Assembly: GCF_000143415.4 (NCBI RefSeq)
Contig: NW_003314409.1
Coordinates: 226,368-290,367 of the forward strand
Reading direction: 5' to 3'
DNA length: 64,000 nt
From: Selaginella moellendorffii
Lineage: Eukaryota > Plantae > Lycopodiophyta
The notes beneath the pieces were generated by a model, which was not told where the DNA came from, searched no databases, and saw only the letters and a program-made list of their open reading frames with translations. Position 1 is the stretch's first letter. The number at the start of each line of letters is the position of its first letter. The position numbers were made by a program, and so were the translations under genes. Positions 38,306-51,422 of the stretch are shown in pieces.

Positions 38306-39998
38306 AAACATGTCAGTGCTCTTTCTTGCAGTTATCCCTGGTTTTAAACCCTCCGTGAGTCAAGCAGAAACATGGGCCGCTGAGTGAGCATGCCTCGTCA
38401 AAGTACTGCCGCCAACCTGAACTTCAAGGAGAAAAAATTAACATTTAAAAGTTAAAACTATGCAAAAGGAGGATAACACGTTGTCTTAAATTTAAATTTC
38501 TTTTTGGTAGCAGAATCAGGGAATGCTGACTAAACCTGCCAACAGGTGCCCCAAAACAGAGCACCCAGATTCAGATAATAAACCTTAGTATGAAGACTTG
38601 CCAGTACCCAAACTCTTTGCTGATAGCAAGTACCGCCTCATGTTCCGGGAGCAAGGTGATGGCGGCTTGCGGCATGACCAACTTTGGGTTTGTGCTCCTA
38701 GAGCACGTTGAAGACGTGTGGAAGCTGGTGACGATGGCATTTGTTTCTTGCAATGTACTCACCAACTCCTTGGTGACGTCTTCCTTCCAGATTTTTTGAG
38801 CTTGTCGTGAGTGGTGACCTGCTTGCTCTCTCCTGTGACGACTTCTTCCAGCCTCTGGTGCCCAGGCTCTCTTGTGGATGGAGCTAGCCCTACACAGTGT
38901 GTGTGTGTGTATCAACCAGCAGATGCACAAATCGTTGAAAATTAGCAACAAGTGTGTATCATAGGCTTAGTACGTAGTGTACTAGTGTACATGTACATGT
39001 GTTTCAGCTAAATATAATGGGCCAAATACACCGAAGAAGTGTGTATAAGAAGAGTAGAAACAAATTAAGAAATGTAAATTAAGAAGTGCAAAAGAAATGA
39101 AAATAAAAATTGTCCATCCTCATCAGTTTGCTGAAATTAAGTTGGATTCAATTCTTCCAGCTCCAAATATTGTGTGATTGAGTTGTGTTTGATAATATCT
39201 TCTTTGCTTTTAGTTTTTTATTTTCAAAAGAAAATTAGTGAGTGCTGGTAAAGATATCTTTGCCGTTCATTGGTGGTTAATTAAATGAGCATGTTTAGAG
39301 ATGTTTATAAGAGTTTAGCTCTGGACCAAGAGTTACCCGAAAATTAAAGTTCAAAATTTACGTTTTCCCTATTTGCACAATAACTTAAGCTAAAGTAATG
39401 TACTTACCCTTATTTTTTATGGGAAAATTATTAGTATTTTGGATTCGCACGAAAACAAAAGGGAGGATTCTTAAGTAATTTTCAAAAACCCCGACCAAAT
39501 CTAAAGTGTTGGGGGGGTCATTTTATTTTAAGGGAAGTTGTTAAAAATTATTCCGGAAATATTCGAGAAGATTCTTAAGTTAGGGTTTGGCGTGCCTGCG
39601 AAGAAGTTCTGATCTCGCGGCAATTAAAACATGGCAGCAGCCGCGGAGATTTATGAGGAGGTGGAGGAAGCAGGTAATCCGATTTTAGGGTTGGAAGAGG
39701 AAACAGAGCTCTGGGAAATGGGGCCGATCGAGCTGGATCTGGGCCTGCTCGTGCTCTATCTTCACCAACAGGAGGAGGAAGAGGTGCCCATGGAGGGAGA
39801 GGTGGCCATGGAGTGGGAGGAGGGCGCGGGGTGGCCGGGGTTGGCCGCGGATCTCTGAATCTGGCCCCGGGAGGATTAGGCCATGGTTCTGAGGCCGCTC
39901 GAGGAGGGGGTGCCCCGGGAGGAGGAGGCCATGGTTCTACTCTAGGAGGAGGACGCCGCGGTTCTTCTCCGGGAGGAGGAGGCCATGGATCATCGCCA

Positions 39999-40090
39999 GG
40001 AGGAGGCCAAGCCTCGGTGGGAGGAGCCGAAGCCACAGCGGGAGGAGTCCAAGCCGCGCCCGGAGGAGCCCAAGCCACGTCCGGAGGAGT
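39999..40090 (+). repeat. 21-bp GC-rich tandem repeat x ~4.4 (EEPKPRP-like)
   Basis: Units start at 39999, 40020, 40041, 40062 and 40083. Confidence 0.9.
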
Positions 40091-41174
40091 CGATCCAATT
40101 CGCAAAACATCAACAGGTACTTGATGTCTGGAGCGAGTGCTGGAACCGACTGGCTCCTTCCGGAGTGCGATATCTCCATCAGGCCCGGTTGGTTTTGGCA
40201 CAGGAACGAGGCTCCAAAATCCCTGGAGCAGCTGCTCGACGTTTTCTACAAATCATCCGCCAGGAACTGCTTGCTCCTGCTCAACGTCCCTCCAAACTCG
40301 TCGGGACTGATCGACGAATCCGACTTCCAGACGCTGGAGCGGTTTAGCTCCGCCATAGATTCCATCTTCAGCGTCAACTTAGCAGCGATCCCTTGTCCGT
40401 GACAGCAAGCAGCGTTCGCAGCTCTTCGTTCGGGCCGAAGCAAATCCTTGACGAGTGTATGGAAACTTTCTGGGCTCCAATGCAAGGGGAGTCGACTGGC
40501 TGGATCGAGCTTGGTCTTGGCAAGGTCTCAAAGTTCAACGCACTGGAGATCCGAGAGCCAGTAAACATGGGACAAAGGGTCATGGAATATCACGTCGAGG
40601 CATGGGACAGCGAGCTGGGCTGGTACCTGGTGAGCAACGGTAGCACCATTGGTTACAGGAAAGTGGACCGACTGGAAGAGGATCAAGTATGCACTGCTCA
40701 CCTCGTTCGACTGCTGATTGATGCGTCGCGGGGAGATCCATTGATCTGCTTCTTTGGTTTGTACTTTGATATGTACAACCTCAGGCACTTGTCTTCTATT
40801 TAGAAGAGAACCTACAAGAGGATATGTATATTTCATGGATACACTTTTCAGGTATGAGAAACATAGCTTTGGGTTGGAAATCCCTGGCCTGATCAATAAC
40901 AGTCTCTTTGCATCACTCCTAACAGATTGGAGCCTAGAGAACAACCAAAAAAAAATCAAGAGCTAGCTTTGAGCTCGTGGAAAGTACCCTTGCATGGAGG
41001 TGGCAGCTGGTTAAACTTGAGAAGTTTGTCCAAACATTGAACTAGTAGTTCTCAGATTTAAAAGCTTTGAAAATACATTAGAACATCTTTTTGCCATGTA
41101 GTCAACATGATGACCATTATTAAAATGTTTTTAATTTATAAACACAAAATTATTCTAAATAAATATCAACAATT
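40090..41174 (+). pseudogene. Partial duplicate of the fucosidase gene (intron-2 end, exon 3, 3' flank), frameshifted
   Basis: Near-identical to ~22654-23798; 1-bp deletion near 40388 (gcgatccc vs gcgaatccc). Confidence 0.95.
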
Positions 41175-41335
41175 GTGGAATATGGAAAGGGAATACAGAA
41201 ATGTGCATATTAATTAGCCCAAAAACCCTAACTTATGTATAGGAACGAGTGGTCCAGATTGAAGCCAATCCGACGGCTACCAAAATCCCACTACGCTAAT
41301 ATTAGTATACGGCATCATAACCCACGGATATAGGT
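41175..41335 (-). mobile_element. Fragment of family-D LTR
   Basis: Reverse complement of 63370-63520 and 58860-58920 (ggaatatggaaagggaatacag...cccaaaaaccc). Confidence 0.85.
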
Positions 41336-44300
41336 GATATGGATGTGTTCCATGCCTTCATATCAGGCTTGCAAACCTGGGCTCGCGGCGAGGTGATGTG
41401 TTGGAACCCGACCAATTACAAAGAAGTGTTGGATACGGCTATCAAGGTGCATTTCAACGATAACCTGCGAAAGAAGAACATGATGGAGTCGGGGTCCACA
41501 TTTAACAAAGGGGTCAAACCAAAGGGAACATATAGCAAAGGGAAATTCAAGAGGAGTTTCTCTAAAAATGAGTCCTTGGGGTTCCGGAAAGGTAGATCCG
41601 GTGGCCAGCGAGCGAGTACATGGGGGAGTCAAGCAAAGAGACAAACCCACATATAAGAAGGGCAAGTCGGTTAGTAGCATGGGAAATAACGTATGCTACA
41701 ACTGCGGTGAAGTGGGACACTTCTTGAGCGAATGTCCCTACCCGAAGAAGGCCAGAGCCAATATAACCATTAAGTCGGGTGAAATCCAAACTGAGGTACG
41801 TGATCCAGTCCTTAACTCAAAGTTACTCATTACACAAGCAATTTTGGTAAAAACTCGTTTGCGACATCTACTAGCCCTCCGAGGGAAGCTTGGAGGTAGC
41901 TTTGTTAAAATCCTTATTGACATGGGTGCTTTGGATAATTTTGTGGCTGTAGATATAGTCCGTCAAGCCGGACTAATAGTGCAATGGCTGGGCAAACTAA
42001 GGACTATAGAGTTTGTTCAAGGCAGCGAAAGCACTGATGAGGTATTTCGACAAGCGAGAGTCGAAGTAGGGACATGGAAAGTAGACATGGATTTCACCAT
42101 GTTGGACATGGCAGGATTTAATGTAATCTTCGGGATGGATTGGTTCAATCGGTTCATGATAGCCCTACATGGACAAAGTAGAAACCTTGTGGTAGTGAAT
42201 GCCCAAGGAAGAAAATCTAGGGTGGAGGCCCAGGATCTAAAGGTAGAGCAATGCAAGGCCAAAGATTTCTACCTAAACCTGGTGTCCATGAAAGGACAAC
42301 TCACTAAAGGAACCAAAGTAGCATTTTTGTGCTTACTCTCGATGAAGAATGACAAAAAGACGGGAATGGAAGAAGTACCTTTAGTGATTCAGTGGGTGTT
42401 GGATCAATTCTAGGATACCATGCCAGAGGAGCTATCGGCGGGGTTGCCCCTCGCACGACCGATGGAACATAAGATTGAGCTGGTCGAGGGTGCTGAGGCG
42501 GTAGTTCGTTCCCCTTATTGTTTGAACGAAAAGGAACTTGAGGAGTTGGTGGACAAAGGGTATGTTACGTTGAGCAAGTCGCCATATGGGGCACCGATGT
42601 TATTTGTGAAAAAGAAAGATGGATTTATGCGCATGTGCATAAACTACCGGTTACTTAACAAGTATACAAAGAAGAACAAGTACCCTTTGCCAAAGATTGA
42701 GGACTTCTTCGATAGGTTGGGAAAGGCAAAACACTTCTCGAGGATTGACCTAAGGTCAGGATACTACCAGATCACGGTAGCAGAGGAAGATGTCGAGAAG
42801 ACAACTTGTCAAACAAGGTATGGAAGCTTTGAGTTTCTGGTGATGCCCTTTGGGCTATGCAATGGGCCGACAACGTTTTTGGCGTTGATGAACCACATCT
42901 TTGTACCCTATCTGAATCACTTTATGGTTGTCTATATTGATGACATTTTGATCTATAGCAAAACATTAGAGGAGCATGTCAAACATTTGATGAAGGTGTT
43001 TGAGAAACTAAGGGAACACTAGCTGTATGCTAAAGAGAGCAAATGTGACTTTGCTCAACAAGAGGTAAAGCTTCTCGGGCATATGGTGGGCAAGGACGGG
43101 CTCAAAGTGGACCCTGAGAAGGTCCAAGTTATCCAAGATTGGGAGTGACCATCGAATGTACACGAGGTAAGGGCATTCTTGGGGCTATGCAACTACTACC
43201 GACGAAAGTTTATCATACACTATTCGAGAGTAGCCCTGCCCTTAACGGACCAAACAGGAAAAGGGAAAATGGTATGGATAGTAGAATGCGAGGCAGCATT
43301 TGTCCACCTCAAAGGGAAGTTGAGGAACGTGTTGGCGTTACCAGACTTTGGTAAGGACTTTGAGGTAGAAACAGATGCTTTGGACTTTGTGTTGGGCGTA
43401 GTTTTGAAGCAAGACAACCATCTAGTAGCGTTCTTCTCGAAAAAGTTGGACAAAGTTCAAAGGAAATGGCCTGCCCACGAGAAGGAATTGTTTGCGGTGG
43501 TCAAGGCGCTCAAGGAGTGGCGACACTACCTTGGGAGACACTTCAAGGTTTACACGGACAATGTGGCAATGAAACACTTCTTATCACAGCCCGACCTGAG
43601 AGGGAAACAAGGTTGGTGGGCCAATGCTTTGGCCAAGTTTGATTGCAAGATTCTGTACAAGCCTAGGAAGAGCAATATCGTGGCGGATGCGCTAAGTCGA
43701 AAAGCAAGCTTGAAGTTAGCGATATCTAGTATGACAGCAACCTTGTGGGATGATGTGTGGACATCATATGAGAATGATGGTCTAGCACAAGAAGTGTTGC
43801 TGAGGAATTTAGAGGCACGGGAAGCTCACCAGAGAGGTGAGCTGCCAACGGAAGATAAAACAAGCTATGCGGAACGCAATGGACTCATTTATTACAAGCA
43901 AACGAGGGTGTATGTTCTAGAAGGGGAACTAAGGAAGGTAGCCTTAGAAGAGTGTCATGACGGACCTCTTGCGGGACACGGCGGAGTGCCCAAGACAATG
44001 GGTTTACTCAAGAGGAAGTACCACTGGCAAGATATGGCTAAGAATGTCCAAGACTATGTAAAGACATGTCCAACATGTCAGCAGGTCAAAGCTGTGACTA
44101 AAGCTAGTGGGGGCTTGTTACAAAGCATCCCAATTCCAGATCATCCGTGGAAATGTTTTACGATGGATTTCATCACGGGACTCCTTCTAAGCGAGGGGTT
44201 CGATGCGATATTCGTGGTGGTGGACTGATTTTCGAAGATGGCACATTTCATACCCACCACAACGGAAGTGGATGCAGAAGGTGTGGCGAAGCTATTCTTC

Positions 44301-44442
44301 GAACAAGTGGTTCGAGTGCGGGGAAGGCCAAAAGAGATTATCTCAGATCGAGATAAGATCTTCACCAGTAGGTTCTGGAGAACACTCCAGAAACAGTATC
44401 GCACCAAGTTGAAATTCAGCACAACCTATCACTCATAGACAG

Positions 44443-44489
44443 GTAATGGGTATTAAGTCAAGTTTGATGGCACTAACACTTCTTGACAG
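44443..44489 (+). other. 47-nt GT-AG intron-like insertion in integrase
   Basis: gtaatggg...cactaac...tcttgacag; removal restores YHxxT-D-GQTERVN in frame. Confidence 0.8.
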
Positions 44490-44907
44490 ACGGACAAACG
44501 GAAAGGGTGAATAAGCAGCTGGAGGATTATTTGCGATGCTATGTCTCGGGAGACCAGAGCGATTGGGTAAGTCATTTGGGATTTGCGGAAATGTGTTATA
44601 ACAACTCACCACATTCGAGTATCAGGGTGAGTCCATGGGAAGTCATCAATGGGTGAGCTATTGAAGGTCCTGTGGAACTCGGCGTGGCCGAGTATCATGG
44701 AGAGTTACCCACAGTGGAGGTATTCACAACGGAAAGACTCAACATTTGGAATCTAGTGAGGGATTCCTTGGAATGGGCTCAACAAAGGCAAACCAAGTAC
44801 GCGAACTAGAAGTGCCAGGATGTAGAGTTCCAAGCTGGGGAGAAGGTGTGGCTGAACACCAAGAACCTCAGGCTACCAAGTGGGATCAGCCGAAAGTTGA
44901 CCCAAAG

Positions 44908-44959
44908 GTTAAAATGCATGTATTTCTATAAATGAATTGATTTTGAGTTCCTTAAGCAG
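44908..44959 (+). other. 52-nt GT-AG intron-like insertion in the integrase GPY/F region
   Basis: gttaaaat...ccttaagcag; removal restores RKLTQR-FAGPY in frame. Confidence 0.8.
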
Positions 44960-45496
44960 GTTCGCGGGGCCTTATGATATTGAGGCACAAATTGGTAAAG
45001 TGGCTTACCGTCTCCGACTTCCTTGAGAGATAGGGAAGATGCACCCAGTGTTCCACGTGAACTTACTCAAGCCATACTTTGAGGATCCGCTTCGGAAGAA
45101 CCAAGTAAGACCTTTACTTGAGGTTATCCAAGGGGAAGAGGAATATGAAGTCGAGGCCATCCTCAATGCGCACAAGAGCAAGCGACAAGGACGCGAGGTG
45201 AGAGAGTTCCATGTGAAGTGGAAAGGATTTCCACACTGCGAAGCAACATGGGAACCGAAGGAGAACCTAGCGAACGCGCGAGATCTAGTGGAGGAATTTC
45301 TGCAAGGTAGAACTCTATATACTTATGCAAAGTTCAATTAAAGTATCAATTTGTGAAGTTGAGCAATGGCATATATTGGGACCCAAAGGCGCGCCGAAGG
45401 TAAGCTAATTAGCATGGGTTAGCTAGGTCAACCAAGAGTAGAGAAGTATGCCCGACTCCCCACAGGGATGTCGAATCCATAGATATATTCTACGGA

Positions 45497-45552
45497 GGTT
45501 GGGTTCGAGTCCCAACCCCCTAGTAAAGCAAGGCTGGGTTCAAGTCCCAACC
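45497..45552 (+). other. Two tRNA T-arm / Pol III B-box-like hairpins, 35 bp apart
   Basis: GGTTGGG-TTCGAGT-CCCAACC (perfect 7-bp stem) and GGCTGGG-TTCAAGT-CCCAACC. Confidence 0.6.
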
Positions 45553-45819
45553 CCATTCTAGGGCGTGGTGGGGTGAGGGGTATAGGAACACCTATATTTC
45601 ATTGTCATGCTCTTGGCCAGGAAGGCTAACTTAGGCACACCGCTAAGTGGGGGGATGCCCTCGAAGATATGGTTAACAAGTCGTAGGATAAAAAGAGACA
45701 TTCGATGTGGGCATTGAACTTCTTCTATGGGTGGTGGAGTTGTAAGGAACCAACTCCCCAAAGTGTTGTAGGCTAAAGGATCCCCGAAAGCATGACCGAA
45801 ATGACAAAGAGTTCATCAG

Positions 45820-46287
45820 ATGGGACTGAGTTTGAGATCGAGTCCAAGACCGACTCTGAGACCGAGTTCGAGATAGAGTTCGGGATTGAGTCCGAGGCCG
45901 ACTCGGAGACTGAGTTCGAGACCAAATTCGAGACTGAGTTCGAGACTTTGACTGGATTCTCGATAGTGGTCCATTATGCTAAGCTTGAGTTGGTATCTTA
46001 TTTCCTTGAGTTTGCCCATTAAAGTGTTGGAAAAGGGTTATAACATTCACTTGCTATGGCTTGTTTGTTGATCCGTTAGCACTTGGAGTAGATTGTTGGA
46101 TGGAGAAGGTGTGTAATTGAGGCAATAACATTGCTAGCACTTGTGTTAGTGGAAGTGGCATTATTATTTCATAGAGTCTGAAATCCGAGATTGGGTCCGA
46201 GACCGAGTTCGAGGTCAAGTCCGAAGTCGAGTACGAGATCGGGTCCGAGATCAAGTCCGAAGTCAGGTCCGAGATCGAGTCCGAGTA
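45820..46287 (+). repeat. Two blocks of 6-bp-periodic GAGACC/GAGTTC/GAGATC repeats (~45820-45950 and ~46183-46287)
   Basis: Directly visible. Confidence 0.85.
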
Positions 46288-47284
46288 CTAATACAGGTCA
46301 AGGGGTGAAAGCCCAAAGCATGCGTCTCCCGGGGGGGGGGGCTATAGGGGGTTCCAAAAGTATAGTAAGGATAGTGAGGTCTTGGAACCAGTCTTGAAGG
46401 AACTCTCTAGTGGTGCTTCCAAACTGACTTGAGGTTGAGACTAGGGCTAAAGGGCCTTAGATGGGAGTGAGCATGGACTCAGGTGGTGCCGGAGGGGCCA
46501 CCCAAGGAAGTGCTCAAGAGTAGCTTCCACTCCTGAAAGGGAAACTAACTGCGGTGCTCCCGGCTCATGTGGAATGGTGCCCCACTTGAGTACTTTGTGG
46601 CTCATTGGTCCTCACCCTTCCAAGGGGCTTGGGCCTTCCCTTCGGGATAGAAGTGGGAGGGGTAGAGGTACCCATACTGGGCCGTTAGGCCACGGTGTTT
46701 TGCCCTAGTGTCCCAAAGCAAGTGTTGCACCCAAGGCTTGGGATTTAAAGGGTCCCATGATCAAGTCTTGTTGTACCAAGGGATGCTAGGAACCTGGAGG
46801 TTTGGTGTGCTTAGCTACTTGTGCCTGCAGGGAGTGTAGCCAAATCTTAAGTCCAGTCTAACCCGGGGAGGGGGATTGGGAGAGATTTAGGAATCCGTGG
46901 ATGGATGGCTAACGCTTTGTTGCTCGTGCAGTGAGTAGCTAAAACCAAGTAGGACCAAATAAAAGTTCGTACAATAGGCGGGAACCTTGGCGAGGGAACT
47001 TAGCAAAAATCAAGGCAGTGTTGATCGGATAGACGAGGTAAGCTAGCAAATTGGAAAAGAAAAATTTGTGGCTTACATAAAGAATCCCATCCACCAATAA
47101 GAAAGGGGTTTCCATCTGAACTCGCAAAAAGACTACTTTAGCATTCTGAGCCTAAGCACGCTCAACCAACTGTTTAAACTCACTAACCATATTACTCAAA
47201 TGATGACAAAATCATGTTTGTAATGCCGTCACATAATGAACATAAGGTAAAGCATCTACCACCACATTTGATTTCCCTAAATAA

Positions 47285-50200
47285 TGCTCAATAGGAAACT
47301 CCCCAAACTCTATGAGTTTAACCATTTAATTAGTGCTCAACTCCTTTTGTGTGAAAAAATACATAAAAGGTTTATGATCTGTTAACACTATAAACATTGC
47401 ACCATAAAGATAGTGTTACCACGTTTGTAAAGCATGAATAATGAAGAGTAACTCTTTCTTATATATAAAATAATGTTGTTTAAAGTTTAACTCTCATAGG
47501 CAATAGGCTGTCCCTTTTGCATGAGAATTCCTCCCAATGTATAACCACTTGCATCACACATTACCTTGTAAGGTTTTGATAGATCAATAATGTGAAACAC
47601 TAAAGCCTTGCTCAACAACTGTTTCAATGCCACAAAACTATCCTCATGTGGCTTCTTCCATTCGAATGGTAAGTTCTTGCGCAACAACCCTATCAAAGGA
47701 ATAACCACCTTTGCAAACTTATGCTGGAAACATTAATAGTAACTATTTATACCAAGGAAACTATGTAACTCTGCTACTAAAATCGGTATACGCTAGTTCT
47801 CCACCATAGTTACCTTCCTTGGATCTGTCTTGACACCCTCAGATATCATAATATAGCCTAGATACTCCACTTCCAACTTTCTAAACTCATATTTACTCTT
47901 CTTTACATAAAATTTACTATCACATACTAACAAAAGAACTTTGTGCAAATACACTTTATACTCCTATATTCTTATAGAAAACAAGAATATCAAGAAAATC
48001 TCCACATACTCATGAAGATAATGCTCAAATACCTTTGTCATCAACCAAATCAATGTGGTTGGGGCATTCATCAAACCAAATAGCATAATTGTAAACTCAA
48101 AATCCCTAAAGCTTGTGTTGAATGTTGTCTTGGAGATAGATGTATCATCCATTACAATCTGATAATATCCACAATCTTGGTAAACACTCATGATTTACCA
48201 AACTCATCTAAGATATCATCTACACATGGCATCAACATTTTATTTTCCACTATCTTCTTATTCAAGGCATGGTAGTCAATACACATCTGCATTGAACCAT
48301 CCTTCTTTTTCATGAGCAAGATCAGAGCACTAAACGGAGATTTACTTGATAACTCCTTAGCTTGTTGCTAAACTTATTGCTCTTCCGCATAACTCAACTA
48401 AAATGGACACTAATAAATTGGTCATGTCCTTAGTTCCAATGTAATCCCATACTCCACACCTCATAATAGAGGCAATCCATAAAGAAGTTCAAATGGAAAA
48501 ACATTAGAAAACTCTACAAGTATAGCCCATATTGCTATCTCTCCCCCACATATGTCTTGGTCCTCCAAGTCACAAATCAACAACAACTCAAAAATGTTTG
48601 TCTATTATGATAAGCCCACTTCAAAGATGTAGTAGAGAGCATAATAACTAAAAGCTGAATTCCCTTTCTAAACTACACAACTTAAATGTTACCATACTCT
48701 AACGAGACATGTTTAATACTCTATTTTATTTTAGATTCACTTTCACTAATCATGGCATCCCAAGAATGAGATCCACATGATGGATATTCACGAGATAAAA
48801 AGTCTCCACATATATGGTTTTGCCAACTAACACTTCCAACCCCTCTACATAAGCATCAAAATGTTGAGCAAAGGTAACTACACCTTCTATTATGTATAGA
48901 AGAACTCATGTCACTAGACCATGCTTCTCAATAAACTTTGCCGAAACAAAATTGTTATCGCTCCCACTATCCAGTAAAATCCATACTGGACTGCCACAGA
49001 ACACACCCTTTAGCATTAAAGTTGATGCACGAGTGTCTTCGAGCTCCATCTTATTCTACACACAGTTAAATTGATGAGCAATGATTAAAAGCCTCTTCCT
49101 TCAATTGAAATGGTCATCCCCATCATCCTCACACTGCAAAATTTACATATTTTTAATATCTAACTTACTATCAGTAGAAGATCGGCCATTCGTTTTGCCC
49201 TACTATTTGTCCCTCGATGGTAGATAATCATCCTTGTAGTGTTTAAACTCGCTGCAACAATGACAACCCTTTCCATAATTCTTCATAAAGAACTGTTTCT
49301 TAGACCCCTTTGCATCCGAAGTAGCCACCATAAACTTCAACCTGTGATGCTTGTTCCCATCGTTGTGTCCATGGTGACCATCATGATAATTCTTGACAAA
49401 AAGACTCCTTGAATGCTTATGAGACTTGCTGCATCAAAAAGCTTCTCTAAACTCTTTGTAGGTTGAGAATGATGCAAATGTTACTGCATGCTCTCACTAT
49501 AAAAACTATCAATAAAGTAGGTCTTGTTTTGATCTGAATCCTTTGTTAGAACACAACTAATCAAGTGAGTAAGCTTTCCAATATAGTTCCTGGGCATCAT
49601 TTTCCCTTGCTGGAAATGTCAAAGTTCTGTACAAACAATCTCTATATCATAGTGAGGGACAAAATGTAAGCAGAAAGTAGCCTCAAACTCATCTATAGTA
49701 GATATTGATGGTTTCTTATCCAAGACTCTTCAAGCCAATTCCACCACTGAAGACCCGCATCATGCAAAACCATTAAAATAACCATTAAAGCCTTCGCATT
49801 TGGAATTTCTTTAACAGCCAAGAACTTCTTTACATTAGCTAGCCAAACTAGACACTAGTCCACACCACCATTATTGGAAAAGGTTGGAATCCTAAATTGA
49901 TCTACCAAGGAAGTTTTACTTGGAGCACTATCACATTTAGCCTCGAGTGCCTCAACATTATCATAAATGTGATTGTAGGTATTGAAAGTTACCTATTAGT
50001 TAGTCCTTTCAAATATTTTTTCCTTACTACCATGACAACAAGAGGTTAGCATTACTAAACCCTTTATCAGTCCCTTTTGTTCAAGTGTTAGTAAATTTAA
50101 CTTAGCATTTGTACTTGGCTAAATGAGCATAAGGAAGAAATTCTTAAGTGTCTTCGGTTTGTTAGTTCTCGTTTGTTCTGTCCTGCACTGGCTTGACAAG

Positions 50201-51422
50201 AACCCCCACAATATTAAGATTGGTCCCTCAATATTTGCTAGATAATAATTTACCGTGTCTACACCCTCACTATCATGCCCTTTATGTTAGTTCTATTTAG
50301 TCTCAATTGCTATTTATGGAAAGTGTCTAAATTTGCTAATTTAGCATATCTATGAAATGTAGAAATTATAGTGTTGGTCCCGTGTCCAACTTCACAATCT
50401 AGTGACATTCCATAATTAGTAAGTTTTAAATTTGTCCTAGAGACTAACTCCTAGTACTAAGGATAACTAAATGAAAGCCCAAAGCGTGCATTTCTCAAGG
50501 GGAAGGCATATTGGGGGTTCTAAATGTAGTAGGGATTAAGTCAAAAATGACTAACCAATCTAAGGCATAATCTAGCTCTCGCTTGTGTACCTATTTTGTT
50601 CTATATTCAGCTTGCCATAGTAGCTGTTGGAGTACCCATATCTTTGCGTTAGGCCACCAATATGTTGAAATAACATCAAACTTTGTTTAGCTCTATTTTT
50701 TCATGTTAGTTATGACATTAGGATGCTAAATGCTTTAAAACTTTTCCAAATTGCTCCATAGTTTTGTTCCTTCACTCCTTGGGCTGTATAATTGGGAGTC
50801 ACTTTGTATTTCAATACCTTTGCTTATTGGCTCTATACTTAGAAGTTTGGCTCTATTCTTTTATTTAGTGGCCTAAGGCCCTGAAACTTTGGGTTTGCTC
50901 TACTGTCCTTAGACATGTGGTATATGAAGGGATTTAGATTCCGTTTTTGTGTTATCTTATAGATCACCATAGGATAAAAGTGAAAACCACATTGGCTACA
51001 TTTGGTATTTAGAGACATGTTTATATATGGTATCCATCATGCCATCTTGCACCTTTTATTGATTTTGATTAAAAGCTCACAACTCATGAACAATATTTTG
51101 AATGGTCTAAACCTTCATAGCTCCATTGGCACCATCATTGGCATCACCATTGACAATAGGATTCTAGCGTTCACCTTTGTCAGCCATCACAACTAACTCC
51201 TTTAATATTAATGTTATGATCCAATGCAAAAAGATAAAATCTAGTCTCCCTAGATTATGTTATGCCTCCTTTTAAAGTTTTTCACCACCCAACCACCTTT
51301 GAGCTACCTTGAAAACTCCACCACACCCCTCCACTGAGAGCCCTAGGGTAAGTTAAATTCTTTACCCTAACATATCTTAATATTGAGCTTCCCTTTGACT
51401 TACATTGACCATGTGGTCAAAA
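47285..51422 (-). mobile_element. Ty3/gypsy family C, second older copy (5' LTR ~51212-51422, gag, PR, RT, RH), interrupted by a family-A LTR
   Basis: Collinear with 27520-29960 and retains gag (~49200-49958), which is deleted in the other copy. Confidence 0.88.
49959..51013 (+). mobile_element. Family-A solo LTR plus PBS remnant nested in family-C gag
   Basis: Homologous to the reverse complement of 14206-15116; ends ggctaca-tt-tggtatttaga; flanked by aacat (49954-49958) and gacat (51014-51018). Confidence 0.8.

Larger units (their letters stand above)
41339..46945 (+). mobile_element. Ty3/gypsy chromovirus family B (gag-PR-RT-RH-INT-chromodomain plus long 3' region), 5'-truncated
   Basis: CYNCGEVGHFLSEC; LIDMGA; YIDD; HHCC and D,D,E motifs; chromodomain YEVEAIL...VKWKGFPHCEATWEPKENL. 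Stops are mostly CGA>TGA or CAG>TAG. Confidence 0.96.

Noticed and set aside
39575-40201. Pro-rich extensin-like or Gly-rich protein ORFs
   Set aside because: Alternative readings of a GC-rich repeat plus fucosidase antisense; no signal peptide or Ser-Pro4 motifs.
41796-41838. Additional intron between gag and protease (gtacgt...caag)
   Set aside because: The frame is already open without splicing and there is no homology anchor.
45497-45552. tRNA gene
   Set aside because: Only T-arm-like hairpins; no acceptor, D or anticodon arms identifiable.
45792-46022. Acidic ETEFE-repeat protein
   Set aside because: Arises from a 6-bp periodic repeat in the retroelement 3' region.
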